Source: the human T2T-CHM13v2.0 reference genome, Homo sapiens. Taken from it: DNA of 64,000 bases. The notes beneath the pieces were generated by a model that saw only the letters and a list, made by a program, of their open reading frames with translations, searched no databases and was not told the origin of the DNA. Both the position numbers and the translations under genes were made by a program. Each line of letters starts with the position of its first letter. Positions within the stretch are counted from its first letter, which is position 1. Positions 12,010-24,650 of this stretch are shown here, piece after piece. The stretch lies in the NCBI RefSeq assembly GCF_009914755.1, contig NC_060940.1. The stretch is one strand, 5' to 3'.

Positions 12010-12125
12010 AACCTTTATTGAGCCACTACGACAATCCAGCATTATCTCAGTAGATGCTATTATGATCCTATTTCACAGATGAAGAAAATGAGGCTCAGAG
12101 AAGTTAAGTCACTTTGCCCGTCATG
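12010..12125 (-). mobile_element. MIR
   Basis: tttcacagatgaagaaaatgaggctcagagaagttaagtcactttgccc. Confidence 0.8.
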
Positions 12126-12664
12126 CCCAGCCTCAACCTACATTTTCTTGGTCACCCCTGTCTCTCCCTGCCAGGTCCTCTCATGCCCTGAACTTTTTGC
12201 ACACACTCTTCTTCGCCTCCCATGGATGCCGTCCCAACATTTTCCTTGTGCAACACTTACTCTTCAGGGTCCAGAGCAAACGCCACCTCTTGGGTTATAT
12301 CTCCCTGGTTACCGCCAGGCCATTCCTCGTACCTAGACTGGGGGACATGTGCTTGATCTTGAACTCACTTGAACACCGCTTCTGCTCCATAGACTCTGCC
12401 CTTCTAGAGTGTAGGGCCATGGGTGCCCATGGCCCAGGTCCACACCCCTCACCCAGCACTGGGAATCTAATTGCTGCTCAATAAAATCCCATGATAACCA
12501 ACTGAGTGTTTCCAAACTGGCTCTCTGATATCATCTAGATATGACCTCTCACCTGCCCATAAAATGAAATGAAATCCATAGGACAAAATTTGACCATGAA
12601 TTTATTCTCATTCTGCATCCAGCCTTTTGAGTGATAATAATAATAATAGCCCATATTTACCGAC

Positions 12665-13050
12665 TCTTGTTTTGGCTGGGTGTCCCCCAAAGCAAACCTA
12701 CAGACAAGGGATTTAGGGACCTGGGCCCAAGTGAATTACTTTGGAGGTAAATTTAGAAAGTACCAGGAGGGGAATGGGGAAATGAGGCCCAGAGGTGAGA
12801 AAGCCAACCATGAATGGGTGGTAGCAGGGTGACTGGACTCTGGTCTGTTGGGACCCTTTATAGAGGCCTGTGGAAGATGCCTCAGAATTATCTTCCCAAG
12901 AAACACACGCAGGGGTGTTTCCCATCTACTCCATCCCTCCTCGGGGGGCTGCTCTGAGGACATTGATTCCCTGCACAGCCCAAGGATGCTCTTTCAGCCT
13001 AGAAAGTTCTCTGGTGGAGGGAGGCAAGTGCTGAAAGAAGGAAGCTATGA
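12665..13050 (-). mobile_element. Old ERVL solo LTR (LTR16-like)
   Basis: cccccaaagcaaacctacagacaagggattt...ttactttggaggt...gggaatggggaaatgag...gcctcagaattatc. Confidence 0.55.
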
Positions 13051-13959
13051 GTGGGCTCAGGAATGATCCACCAAAGTTTCTGGCCTCTGGGGAGGCTGAG
13101 GGGGAATCTGGCCACTCCAGGTTTGCCACAAATGTTTTTGTCTGTGCCAGGAACACTGCCAGGGACTTTGCAGTCATCTCCTGTTCTGATTTTACCTTAA
13201 CCCTCCCAAGAGGCAGTATCTATTGCCCACCAGTCTTATCACCATTTTAAATAGGAGAAACTGAGATTCAGGGAAGTGAAGGAGTTTGCCGGTGGTCATT
13301 CTGAGCAGCTGGAAAGAGAGACCTTGAAACCCATTTATCTGTCTGATTCCAAATCCCAGACCCTAACCGCGGTGTGGGGGCTTCCAGAAAAGCAAGCCCG
13401 AGGAAAGGGTCTGGATGCCACCCCATGGGGGCCATGTCGGGTAGGTGGTAGCCGCAGAGGAAAAGCTGAGTCACTGCACCTGAAATTCTGCTGATCGGAC
13501 CCATCCGCACACTTTTAGGAAAAACAAGCCACTCTCTTTGATCAATGTCCAGGGCCATGATGGGCTCAGGTTCAAAAACAACACATCCCTAAAGTGTGGA
13601 AGCCCTTTGGGTTCTGGGAAAGTGGGAGAATGGATTTGCTCTTCCTGAAGTTTATTCAAGGTTTCCTCCTCACTGGGTTGCCCAAGCCTCCTTGGGAGAG
13701 GCAGCGTGGCAGCAGACCCCTCAACCACGCCAACACGGCAGGGCTCAGGGCAAGGACGGACGGCGCCAGCCCCGTCAGCACATGGCAGGATGCAGACCTT
13801 TCAGGAGAGACCTTGAGGAAGCACGGAGTCCAGAGGAAGGCCTCAGTTTCCCTGCAGGTGCACCCTTTGGGTGGCCACGGGCCGAGAGCTGTTCTAACCA
13901 TGCGTGTGTGTTCCGCAGCTTCCAGCAGCACCAGCACTGTGAAATACCCAATCAAACAA

Positions 13960-14486
13960 GTCCAGCCGAGTTTAGGGCATACCCTCATTATCACAGTAAA
14001 CGTCAGCATTGTATTCAGCCAAGAAAAGAACGACCTATGGGATTCTTTCTTTCCATAGTCACTTAAACTCTTCCAAATTTTTAAATACTTTCTGAAATTT
14101 TTCCTAGATCTTTTTATCACATACCTGTGCAACCAAAGTTTCACATCGATAGTGACTTCAAGATTTTGAAGAGGGACGTTCACATGTCAGCCAAGAATTG
14201 CACATAGCTATTTCCAGCATAAAACCTGACTTCCTTTAAGAAAGCTATGTTTGGGGAGGTGGTGGGTAAAAGGAGTGACTTCTAACAAGCATGGTTTTTC
14301 GGGGGCGATGATGAAAATGTTCTAAAATTGATTATTGTGATAGTTGCATAAATCTGTGAGGACACTAAAATCACTGAACTGGAAACTTTCCATGGCTGAA
14401 TTCTACGGTAGATTAATTACACCTCAATAAGACTGTTATGAAAAAGAAAGTTACATTCACAGAAGTACGCTAAAGCTTCTCATTAA
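13960..14486 (+). mobile_element. Fossil hAT-Charlie/Buster transposase C-terminal coding remnant, interrupted by an L1 fragment
   Basis: Manual translation: 14092 LKFFLDLFITYLCNQSFTSI; 14186-14233 VSQELHIAISSIKPDF; 14448-14486 KLHSQKYAKASH-stop. Order and spacing follow the Charlie-type LK..L....TYLCE.GFS / ELR..LS.I.P / ...SH-stop C-terminus. Confidence 0.72.
14252..14443 (+). mobile_element. L1MB 3' end with degenerate target-site duplication (TSD)
   Basis: tgatgaaaatgttctaaaattgatt...gatagttgca...acctcaataa; flanked by aagaaagctatgtt (14238-14251) and aagaaagttacatt (14444-14457). Confidence 0.85.
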
Positions 14487-14989
14487 CATTTTTGAAATGA
14501 TTCATTTGGGCACTGCCTATTCAAATATAAAGTCATTTATTATTTATTTCATGTAAATGAAAATAGAATTAGCATCCTATTTTCCTGTAATTATTTTACA
14601 GAAAGGAAACAGGGACGCCCCCAAATCCTCTGCTTACCCCACCACCGTGCATACAGATATGGTTATCGTGTATGTGTCACCCTGCAGGAATGATGGGAAT
14701 GTCCTGAAATAAAGTCCTTTGGTCCTCTATACAGGACAGCCAAGGAGATGGAAAGATCAGATGACACTGAAAATATTCACGGCCAGCCTGGCTGGGGCCT
14801 GGGCAGTCAGAACAAACACCCCTGGAGGCATTGGGCCCCAGCAGGTACCCTCGGGTGAGTAAGGGCTGCAGGTTAAACTGCTCAGGTTGGGGAAGCAAAC
14901 TCCTCCCTCGCCTGACCCCCACCTCCCCAGACAGGCTGCTGCCTTCAGCCGCTTCCCTGTCTCTCTCCCTTTTCTGCTCCAAGGGGGGA

Positions 14990-15135
14990 TTTTTTTTTAG
15001 CTTTTATTTTAGGCTCAGGGGTACACGAGCAGGTTTGTTATACAGGTAAATTGCCTGTCGCAGGGGTTTGGTGTGCAGACTGTTTCCCCACCCAGGTGAT
15101 AAACATAGCATCCAGTAGTTTTTGGAATCTCACCC
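14990..15135 (-). mobile_element. L1PA (L1PA15/16-like) 3' end
   Basis: caggggtacacgagcaggtttgttatacaggtaaattg...ggggtttggtgt. Confidence 0.8.
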
Positions 15136-16335
15136 CCTCTCCCCCACACCATCAGGTGGGGGTCTGCAGCCCAGCTCAACTGCCGTGCCTGGGAAAGCTC
15201 TGCAGACCCCCTCCAGGCCTCATCATCTCCATCCTGCTGTGAGCAGCTAGGCTCCTGGCTTCTCCTGCCGCGTCCCCCAACATGCTGATGCTGCTGACGG
15301 TGTGTGCACCCTCCCGCTCCACCTGTTGGTCCAAACCAGCCCCATGTTCCCTCCTCCTGGTGTCCTTGGCCACCTCAGGATGAGGGAAGGGGCCAGGGGA
15401 TTCTCTGCGTGGTCACTCGGTCACTCCGCAGACCTCGCCATCCAACACCCTCTGGCCTCCCAGAACTGCTCTGCTGGCCAGTGTGGCTAACGGGTGCTCC
15501 AAGGGCCATGCTCAGAACCACTGTCTTTGTCCTCAAGAGGATGGTGAAGGGTGAACACTTTCCCTTGAACATTTTCTTTGAAGACAACCTGTTGACGAGT
15601 TTACGGAGTGGCAAGTCCCAGCTATGGGAGGAGCTCTGGGGTCCACCAGGCCCAACCCGTCCTCTGCCTGCCACTTATGGACCCCTTCAACGAGCCAGGC
15701 ACTGAGCTACCCGGCCACAGGTTTCTCTCATCTCCTCACAGCTGCCCTAGGAGAGGGTCTTGTTATCCTCATATGGGGAAACTGAGGCACAGGGGGAGAA
15801 CTAGCTCACAGAACCAACTCCCGAGTGACAGAGGCAGGCTGAGAAACCTGCTGCCCGCTGCTAACCCATACTGAGCGTCCCGAGCCAGGACCCTCATCGT
15901 ACACTTGCACACCCAGAGACACATCAAGCCACGGGCGTCCCCACCTGCACAAAGGTCAGTGCGTAGGGCTCAGATGGCAGAGATGGCTGCGAAGCCACAG
16001 CCCCTTCACCCACCTTCTCACCCTGCAACTGTGATGAGTTGCTGCGCTCTGTGTGTCTCAGTTTCCTCATCTGTACCCTGAAGATACTAGTACCTGCCAT
16101 GCCATATCGTGTTACGAAAATAAGCTTCTGTGTGAAACATATTATGTATTTTAAAAACTTAGACTACGTGTCCAACACCATGACACGCTGCTGTGACAGC
16201 TACTGCTATTAGTGCCGCTGTTGCCTCTGCCCTGCCACTAGATAAGGTCCTTGTGGCCACGCCAGGAATGATACAGGGAAGCCCAGGAGCTCTGAAGCTC
16301 CTGCCCTTCACAGGAATTGAGCCCACTCAGCCACT

Positions 16336-16366
<31 letters not shown>

Positions 16367-18994
16367 CACTCCCCGAGCTTCCACGGACAAATCCTGCCAG
16401 GAAAGGCTCTGCCCTGAGCACCTCCGCCCCCACCAACGCCACACATCTTCATGACGCCAGTCCTTCTAGGAGTTTCCGCATGTGCACCCAGGTGTACCTA
16501 CGTACCCAGACATCTCTATCACCTGTGTGCATGCGTTATTTTCTGAGCTAAATTCCGGGACCAGCATTGGAGGGCGGTGAGCATATGCAGGTGAAAGAAG
16601 GAGGCTGGACTAGGAAATTTCCATCAGTTCCCAATGGAATCCTCTCTTTGAGCCCCCTAGGACTGACCATTCAGTGCTATCACCTGGAGGAAGAGGTGTG
16701 GAGGGAAGACGCCACCTTCTCCAGAAACACATGAGATGGACAAGCTCTCTCAGTGCTGGGTAGTTTCACGCACATTGCGTGTGTGCTGACTCAATCTCCC
16801 AAAAGGTTTACCTCAAAGGATGGAACCCAAAGACAGTTATTTCCATTTTCATCTCCATTTTACAGATGGGGAAACTGACAGCCATGGGGGAGACACTTTC
16901 CAAAGGTCAGGACAGTGCAGAGGGAGCAAAGCTGGCATGGAGAGCCCTCAGGCTGCTGCGGAGGCCCCGCGTTCAGCAGTGACATCACACTGCCTCTCTG
17001 ACTTTTCTTTGCCAAAAGAAAGAATCCCAGGACCCAGAGAGGACCTTGGAGGTCCTCTAAGCAATTCCCTCCTCTCTGTTCTCAAACCACTTGGAGATGG
17101 GGAAACTGAGGCATGAGGGGCTAAGGGAAGTTTCTGAATCTACAAGGCAATCAGAGACCTTCTTTAACCAGGTACGCCTAGCTCCTGCCCTTTGAGTCAA
17201 CAGCCTCTCTGATACTCTTAGAAACACAGCAGGAAGAAAAGTTCACGCAAGAAAGCAAGCCCATTTTTTCACTTTTTTGTGAGGAGAAGGATTTCATATA
17301 GGACGTCGCACAGTGAGTGCATCCACCATAGACGCACATGCATGCCCTCTCCCCGTCCAGGGAAGCAAGCAGCCAGCTCTAATGATAATACGTTTCCTGA
17401 GAACTTTCCACTCGCTCTGAAGCACTTCTAATTGTGTCTGGAGCCTTTCCTTCCTACCCCACAGGATGAGCTGGGACATGCCGCTCGCGAGTTTTCTCTC
17501 TTACACTGGCCTGGAGCTGTGCCAGGAGCCTTGGAGCCGAGTTGAAGGGGATTCCCAGCTCCCCACATCCCACCATCTCTCTGGGCTGCATTTTATCACC
17601 TGCAAAGTGGTGAGAGAGCAATACCTGCTTCCACGTGCAGGTGTTCCTGGAAGGATTCAGTGGATGGCGACTGCGGGTCATCCAGCTGCCACTGGTCCAT
17701 GAGTACCAGCTGTTCTCACGGTGGTTCTGAAAGGGGTAGACAGAGGCAAATTGGTTCGTTTCTTCTTTGTTGTGAAGCCACGATTATCTTTTAAGGCACT
17801 CTGAGGATTAACAGCAACTACCTTCTCTTTCCTGAAGCCAAATACTTCTTCAAGAACACCTGGGGGTCTGGGCCAGCCTGTCCCCAGCTGGTTTCACAAG
17901 TCAGCAGGTGTCCCCAACCACCTCCTGGGGTTTCATGAACTAAGCCCACTTTAACCTACATACATTGTGATATCCTATTATATTACATAAAATGCTTGCA
18001 TTGCATAATATTTCTATGTTATAAAATATACATACCTAATATAGAATATGCTAGATATTATATAATGTTTATAATATATGATATAACATAAGGAGGTGAT
18101 GCCGTGATCAGGTACAACAGACAATCACACAGAAAGAACTTCAGGGAAAGGAGACGCCCTTGGCCTTGTGCTCGAGCCTTGGGCCTCAGAGGCCTTGAGT
18201 TATCATCTAGCCCTACCAGTTAAACCTCACCTCACCGAGCCTCAGTTTCCAGATCTGTCACATGAGAAACGAGGCCCTCATCATCACATATTGCAGGTTC
18301 AATGGGCATAGTTACCACACCAGTGGTGCATCCGGAGGGCATGCACAGCGGAAGGCATTGTTTGCCCTGGCTCATCTAAGTCCTCGGTAACTCCAGGAAG
18401 GAGTTATTCTATCAGTCCTTGATGTACAGGTGGGGAGCCAAGGCTGGGAGAGGTGGAATCTCCTATCCAAAGTCACGGGACTGTGGAGGGAAGGTTCTGA
18501 ATCTTGAGTTCCCAAAGCCCATGTCCCCTATGTCTGTGTGCCCTGCCTTACAAAGTCAGGGCTGTAAGGCTCTTTATCTGACCTTCCAGTCCAGCAAGAA
18601 CCAGCTCACAACACTCAGCCATGCTGCTGTGTCTTCTCCTCCCCACCCACTTCCACCTTCCACCAGAAATGATTTCCCAGTCACACTCTGAAAAGGAGTA
18701 GATGTGAGTTACAAGGTACCTCCCATCATTCCAGATATCAGTTCCTCATCATTCCCTGGGCCTCCCAAGAGGGATATCTGTGCTCTCTGCTCTCATGTCC
18801 TGCTGGGCCTCAGAATCTGGCAGCCCTTGTAGCTTAGAAGAGACAGTAAAAGACTCTGCTCTTTAGCAAATCTTATTTCACTGCACTAGAACCGTAAGTC
18901 CCATGACCCAGTCCTCTTCATCTTAGTGGCCACAGTATCCCCAGGATCCAGCACTGTGCCTGGCATGAAGCCAGGAGGTACTAAACATATATGC

Positions 18995-19195
18995 AGGCTT
19001 CAGCATCAGACAGACCTGCAGTAACTGTGCCTGACCACTTACTAATGGTGTGGCCCAGGCAGGTTACTTCACTCCTCCAAGCCTCGGTTTTTTTATCTGT
19101 AAAATGAGGACAATTTAACAGCATAGCATCTGGCTCACTGGGTGTCTGAGAGACTTAAATAGAATGTATAGGGGACTTAGCACAGCGCTCAATGA
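18995..19195 (+). mobile_element. MIR
   Basis: ccacttactaatggtgtggcccaggcaggttacttcactcctccaagcctcggttt...atctgtaaaatgagga. Confidence 0.8.
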
Positions 19196-19204
19196 ATGAT
19201 AGCT

Positions 19205-19902
19205 ATCATGATCACCATAACCATGACAATCATCACCATCATGATCCCCAACACCATCACCATCACACATCATCAGCATCACCATCACCACCATCATCAT
19301 CACCATCATCAACATCATCATTATCATCACCACCATCATCACCATCACTATCATCGTCATTATCACCACCACTATTACCACCATCAACATCATCATCATC
19401 ACCATCACCAACACCACCACCATCATTATCATTACATCACCACCATCACCATCACCACCATCACCATCATCACCATCATCGCCATCATTATCATTACATC
19501 ATCACCATAACCATCATTATCATCACATCATCACCACCATCACCATCATCTTCACCGTCATCACCACCATCACCATCATCACCATCACCATCATCGCCAT
19601 CATTATCATCACATCATCACCATAACCATCATTATCATCACATCATCACCACCATCTTACCATCATCATCACCACTATCATCATCACTATCAACATCACC
19701 ATCATCACCATCACCATCATCGCCATCATTATCATCACATCATCACCACCATCAACATCATCATCATCATCACCACCATCACCATCACCACCATCTTGAC
19801 CGTCATCATCACCACTATCATCATCACTATCAACATCACCATCATCATCACCACCATCATTACCATCACCATCATTATCATCACCATCACTATCATCACC
19901 AC
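19205..19902 (+). repeat. (CAT/CAC)n trinucleotide simple repeat, about 700 bp
   Basis: Continuous catcaccat units; source of the poly-His ORFs. Confidence 0.97.
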
Positions 19903-21039
19903 TTTCTCTGTAGACACTTCGCTGAGACTTACCCTCATGTCAGCCACTGAGGACTCAGTTTAGAGCTAGTCAAGAACCAACCTAAAGTGCTTTGGTAACA
20001 TAGGTCTCCTCAGCATCAGCAGTGAGTGTTTGACTTAGCTGACTCACTCCAATAATAGCACGGCAAAGGCAGGAAGGCCCAGAGCACACCCACTGTGCTC
20101 TGATCCCTGGGGGTCCTGGCACGTAATGTGGAGCAGGTGGGTGGATTTCAGCAACACTACCCTCCCCCATCTCTACAAAGGAGATTCCCAGCTTGGCGGT
20201 CCAGTCAGGGTGTGGTGAGAATGACTCACTCTGTGGCCTTCTTTAAGATCCTCCTCAGGAAGTGAAGAAGTCACTTTGGAGGCTCTCGCTCACAAATAGA
20301 ACATTTTCTTCCCACTCGTGAGATCAGCATGTACTCAACCAGGATGAGAAGCCATGCCAACAGGCTGTGCCAGGGTGTCAGGAACGTTTAGATTCCCGAA
20401 TGAGGAAACGAGAAGCAGGGATATGCGCACATTTCCAATGACCCATGGCCATTGCTGAATGTCTCCACTGTGGTAACAGCTAACGGTTTTCTAATCCCCA
20501 AAGAATGTATGTGATGGAGGAGATCCCCTCAACTCACTTCCTTCCCCCGAGAAGCCATCTTCAGCATGGAGCTTATGTCATTCTTAGCCGATGATGTGGC
20601 AAGCTTTTATGAGTGATTCCTTCCCAAGAAAATGGTTGTTATACTGGTTTCTTTGACAAGGGCCCCAGGCCAGCTGTGCCAAGTGCCATACTGAGAGTTG
20701 AGCAACATTTGCTGGTGTACTCAGACCTTGGTCTGATCTCTGTTGACCCGTTTTCTGACATATGTGATGGCTGATGTTTCTTGAAGGTATGATCTGGACC
20801 AAGCCCTTGGGTGATGGCTTCGTAGGTGGTATTTGGTTTGCTCTCCTTAACAACCCGATAACTTAACATTTTTCAATATCCCATTTGTGGATGAGAAACC
20901 AAGGTCAAGAAAGGTCACATAATTTATACGAAGTAATTCAACTAAAAAATAGGAGGGTAGGCTTCAGGGCCAGGAAATCTCTTCCCCAGACCCCTATCAT
21001 TATTAACCTTCATTATATTTGATCTCTGCTGGTCACTGG

Positions 21040-21490
21040 GCTATCACTTCCACCCCTCCCCTGCTTTCTATCATGGGGAACTACATTTCCCAGGTTCCTG
21101 TGTGCTCTGACTTCTGGGCAGTTTCAACCAATGGGAGGCACTGGTGGAGGACTTCTGAGAAAAGTATTTCTCCTCTCCCTCTCCCCCTCTGCCCACTTCC
21201 TTTCTGGCTCCAGCTCCTGTGGGAATGCCCTTCCCTCCATGGTCCCTATTTCCACTGGACAGGTTGTCAAGGGTCCAGCTTTCACCAGGTGACCCTAGAT
21301 CCTGGGTTCCATGACACCATCTCCTCCTTTGTCACTCCAGCCCAAGGAGTGACTGGTTGCTGTGGCTGATCCCTGAGGTGCCTCAACACCTGCAGCTTGG
21401 CAGCTCCCCTAGGCCCTCACCTGTAAAACCAGCCCCCTATATTAAATCCCTCCATGTAAAATACCTGGAGTGACTTCTGTTTGCAGAGTG
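21040..21490 (+). mobile_element. ERVL solo LTR (LTR33-like)
   Basis: aactacatttcccagg...ccaatgggaggcactggtggag...attaaatccctc...ggagtgacttctgttt. Confidence 0.65.
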
Positions 21491-22744
21491 CACATGAGCT
21501 GCTGGATCCTCAGCCTTCGTGACAGTTGTGAAGAGGAGGAGTGGTAGGGAATGGGGAAATACGCTGAGTGCAAACTCTGTCTCCCTGTCATCACACCTCA
21601 CGCCTAACAGACATTATCGCATTTCACTCTCACAATCAGACTTTTAAAGCAGGGGATGCCATGAGCTCCATTTTACATAGGAGGGCCCTCCAGCTTCATT
21701 AGGGTAAATAACTTGCTCATCTAAAAGAGAACAGAGACGGGAGTCAGCCCCTGCTCTGCCGGGGTGCCAAAGGGGAGGGAGCTCTGGGCCCAACCCCACT
21801 GCTGCCCCCACTCCCCCGCCTGCCCAGCTCTCACTTGCTGCACACAGGAGGCCATGCTTGATGTGAGCTCCTGCACCCGACAGGGGCCAGCCCTGTGTGG
21901 GCCTGTGGAAAGCCCCACTCCGTGCTGCCTTCTACCCCTTAGGATTCTGACCTAAGCTCCTGGGCCTCCTGTGGCCACAGGGCATGGCCTGAGCCGGACA
22001 CCCTGAGCTGAGAGCGGCTGTGGCAGGCCCAGATTTACGGCTTTGTTATTCCTGTGTTTTGGAGATTTTACAGCCCCGCGCTCCCTCGAGAACCCTGTGC
22101 TTTCTCTAGGACATATCAGTCAGACGGCGGAGGAAATATCCCAAATGCTGGGAACATCCTGTGTCACGGTGTCTCCCGGGCCCAGGTACCCACGACCTTT
22201 TGTTTGCAGCCTGAGGGAGGAGGAGACTGATAAAGTGCGGGGGCTGGGGGGAGGGCCGGCGGCCCCTCTGGTGCCCTGGTTTGTTCTGGTTTGTTCTCCA
22301 AGGCGACACACGTCCCAAGCTTCCTGACCAAAACAGTCATCGCCGTGGGCCTCTGGTGCAGAGCCAGTGCTCACGCTGCAGTGAGCGCCTCTTCATTCGC
22401 CTCCCGTCCGTTTGGGGCAGATAGCTGACTCTGCAAGGAGCCTCCACACTGGCCAGTGGGTCCATCGGCGTTTTGCCTGCATGGGATACAAGGCCCTATT
22501 GTCCTGTGCCACCCCTCCCCCACGCCCACTGCCTCCCCAGAACCCTCCAGGCTGCAGCTCCTGTGTGAGATCGGGCCCCAGTCCTGCGGGGACTGGATGG
22601 GTGGGGGTGGGGAAGGGGCCTGGAAAGCAGGAGCAAAAAAAAAAAAAGGAAGCAGCTGCCAGTAGGAGAGAGTTGGAGCCTATTAAAAAATACACATATA
22701 TTCATAAAATAAATAATAAACCAAAACTATAAAGGTCTGGAATG

Positions 22745-23049
22745 GGCCGGTTGCAGTGGCTCCCGCCTGTAATCCCAGCACTTTGGAGGCCAAGGTGGGC
22801 GGATCACCTGAGGTCGGGAGTTTGAGACCAGCCTGACAAACGTGGAGAAACCCCATCTCTACTAAAAATACAAAAACATTAGCCAGGTGTGGTGGCTCAT
22901 GCCTGTAATCCCACCTACTCAGGAGTCTGAGGCAGGAGAATCGCTTGAACCCAGGAGGCGGAGGTTGCGGTGAGCTGAGATCACACCATTGCACTCCAGC
23001 CTGGGCAACAAGAGCAAAACTCTGTCTCAAAAAAAAAAAAAAAAAAAAA
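22745..23049 (+). mobile_element. AluSp
   Basis: Full dimer with gtcgggag, tggagaaacccc, gttgcggtgag and caacaagagc diagnostics, poly(A), and TSD aaggtctggaatg (22732-22744) / aaagtctagaatg (23051-23063). Confidence 0.93.
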
Positions 23050-24394
23050 CAAAGTCTAGAATGATACATATTAAATTGTTGAGTGTGGTCTTCTCTGATG
23101 GGTGAGATCAGCTTTTCTTCTTCAGGTCATTATTCCATACTATCCAAAAAAGTTTAAACAACCATCTGTCACTTTTTTGTAAGAAAAAATATAAAGTTGC
23201 TTGAACTTGAAATGTGTAGCTCAAGCCAATGAAGCCGGGAGCAAAAAAAAGATATTAAGGAAAATTAAGTGCATAAACTGCCCATCTTGTCCCTTGACGG
23301 TTGCTGTGACACCAGTTCTAGATTATTCCTCATGCTACTGGGAGGGAGGAGTGGACCTTACGTAGCCCCTAGGGCAGTGTCCCCCTTTGCAGTCACGACA
23401 CTCGTGGAGGGGACAGGGATCAGAGGACCCAGGAAGGTGCCAGAGGCCCCACAGCTGGGAGGGGCAGAGACGAGACCAAGGTCAGCGCAGTACCCACAGG
23501 AAGGGCAGAGGCAGGTACTCTCAGGACGCCCCAGCACCAGGCCTCCTGGGAAGGGGGGCAGCCCTGGGTCCAGGCACTCACCCCACCAGCTCTGTGATCA
23601 CATGCTCGGCCCCATGGTGGGCCATGGATAGACAGGGGCAGAGGCACTAGCACCCCCAGCTTAGCCCCTGGCCTCCAAAGGAAAGGGCACCAGCAGTTGC
23701 CTCTGAAACATGGCCCTGGTATCCTACCCTGAGAAACAAATGTGATCTGACCTCCAGCTCACCCCCGTCTCCCCTCTGACCCACCCCAAATCCAGGCCCT
23801 GAGTCCTCCGCCCAGGCAGCTGCGAGGCAGGGCATGTGCTTTTAAGTACAGCTTTCCCCCGGTTTGGGCTGCTGCTGAAAATACACTGTTATTGACAGGC
23901 GACATGTGGAGAGCTCTTTCTGGTGTTGGAAAAACACAGTGGAGCCATTCATAATGCTGGTGTTAAGGGGCAGAAGAAATGCCCCCTTGGTGACAGACAT
24001 CCCCATGTCCAGGCTCCAGTGCAACCTGGGACTCTGAGCCGGCACATGACATCCATGAGGATGAGCTCCATGCAAGCCAGGACTTCCCCTGCACAGGACT
24101 CTCCCCTGGAGCAGCCACAGCAAAGCACCTAGAACATGTGGCTGTAACAGCAAGTGGGTTTCCGGATCCCGGATCTCCTCCACCTGCTTCATCTGATTTG
24201 AATCACCCAACAGCACTGTACACAGGGGATTACACGCCATTCCCATTTCAGGGAGTGAAACTGAAGCAATGCTCTTCTGTAGCTCAGAGGCTTTGCAAAT
24301 GCTGTTCCTCCTGCTCAGATTACTTTTCAATGTGACCATCATAAAGTGGGCCAGAGTGAAGCATGTAAAGCACTTAGAAGCCCTGAGCCACCAT

Positions 24395-24650
24395 TTAAGA
24401 AGCCTGGCTGCCCTGAAGCCACCGCCGGAAGAGAGAAGCCTGAGACGCCCCAGCACCCCGCAGCCCAGCCATTTGAGACATTCCAGCCCAGATGCCCGGA
24501 GAAAAAGGCTTTGAGATGAGCCCAGGCCCAGCCACCATCTCATGCAGCTGGTGAGAGATCCTGATTGAGACCCACAATGCTGACCCCAGGCAAGATCTGG
24601 ATTGGGGAGCCACTGTTTGGGGGTATTTCGTTACACAGCAATAGCTGAGC
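24395..24650 (+). mobile_element. Old MLT1 (MaLR) LTR 3' part
   Basis: ggctgccctgaagccacc...agccactgtttgggggtatttcgttacacagcaatag. Confidence 0.6.

Noticed and set aside
13656-14183. 175-aa minus-strand ORF
   Set aside because: No recognisable protein; the informative signal is the broken hAT transposase on the opposite strand.
19192-19950. Poly-His/Ser-Pro ORFs
   Set aside because: Products of the (CAT/CAC)n repeat, which lacks stop codons by composition.
22683-23069. 128-aa ORF, and similar ORFs at 2143, 26297, 49402, 50749 and 51462
   Set aside because: Typical Alu-derived pseudo-peptides.
23842-24543. 233-aa minus-strand ORF
   Set aside because: Runs through MLT1 and MIR-like remnants, with no recognisable domain or exon structure.
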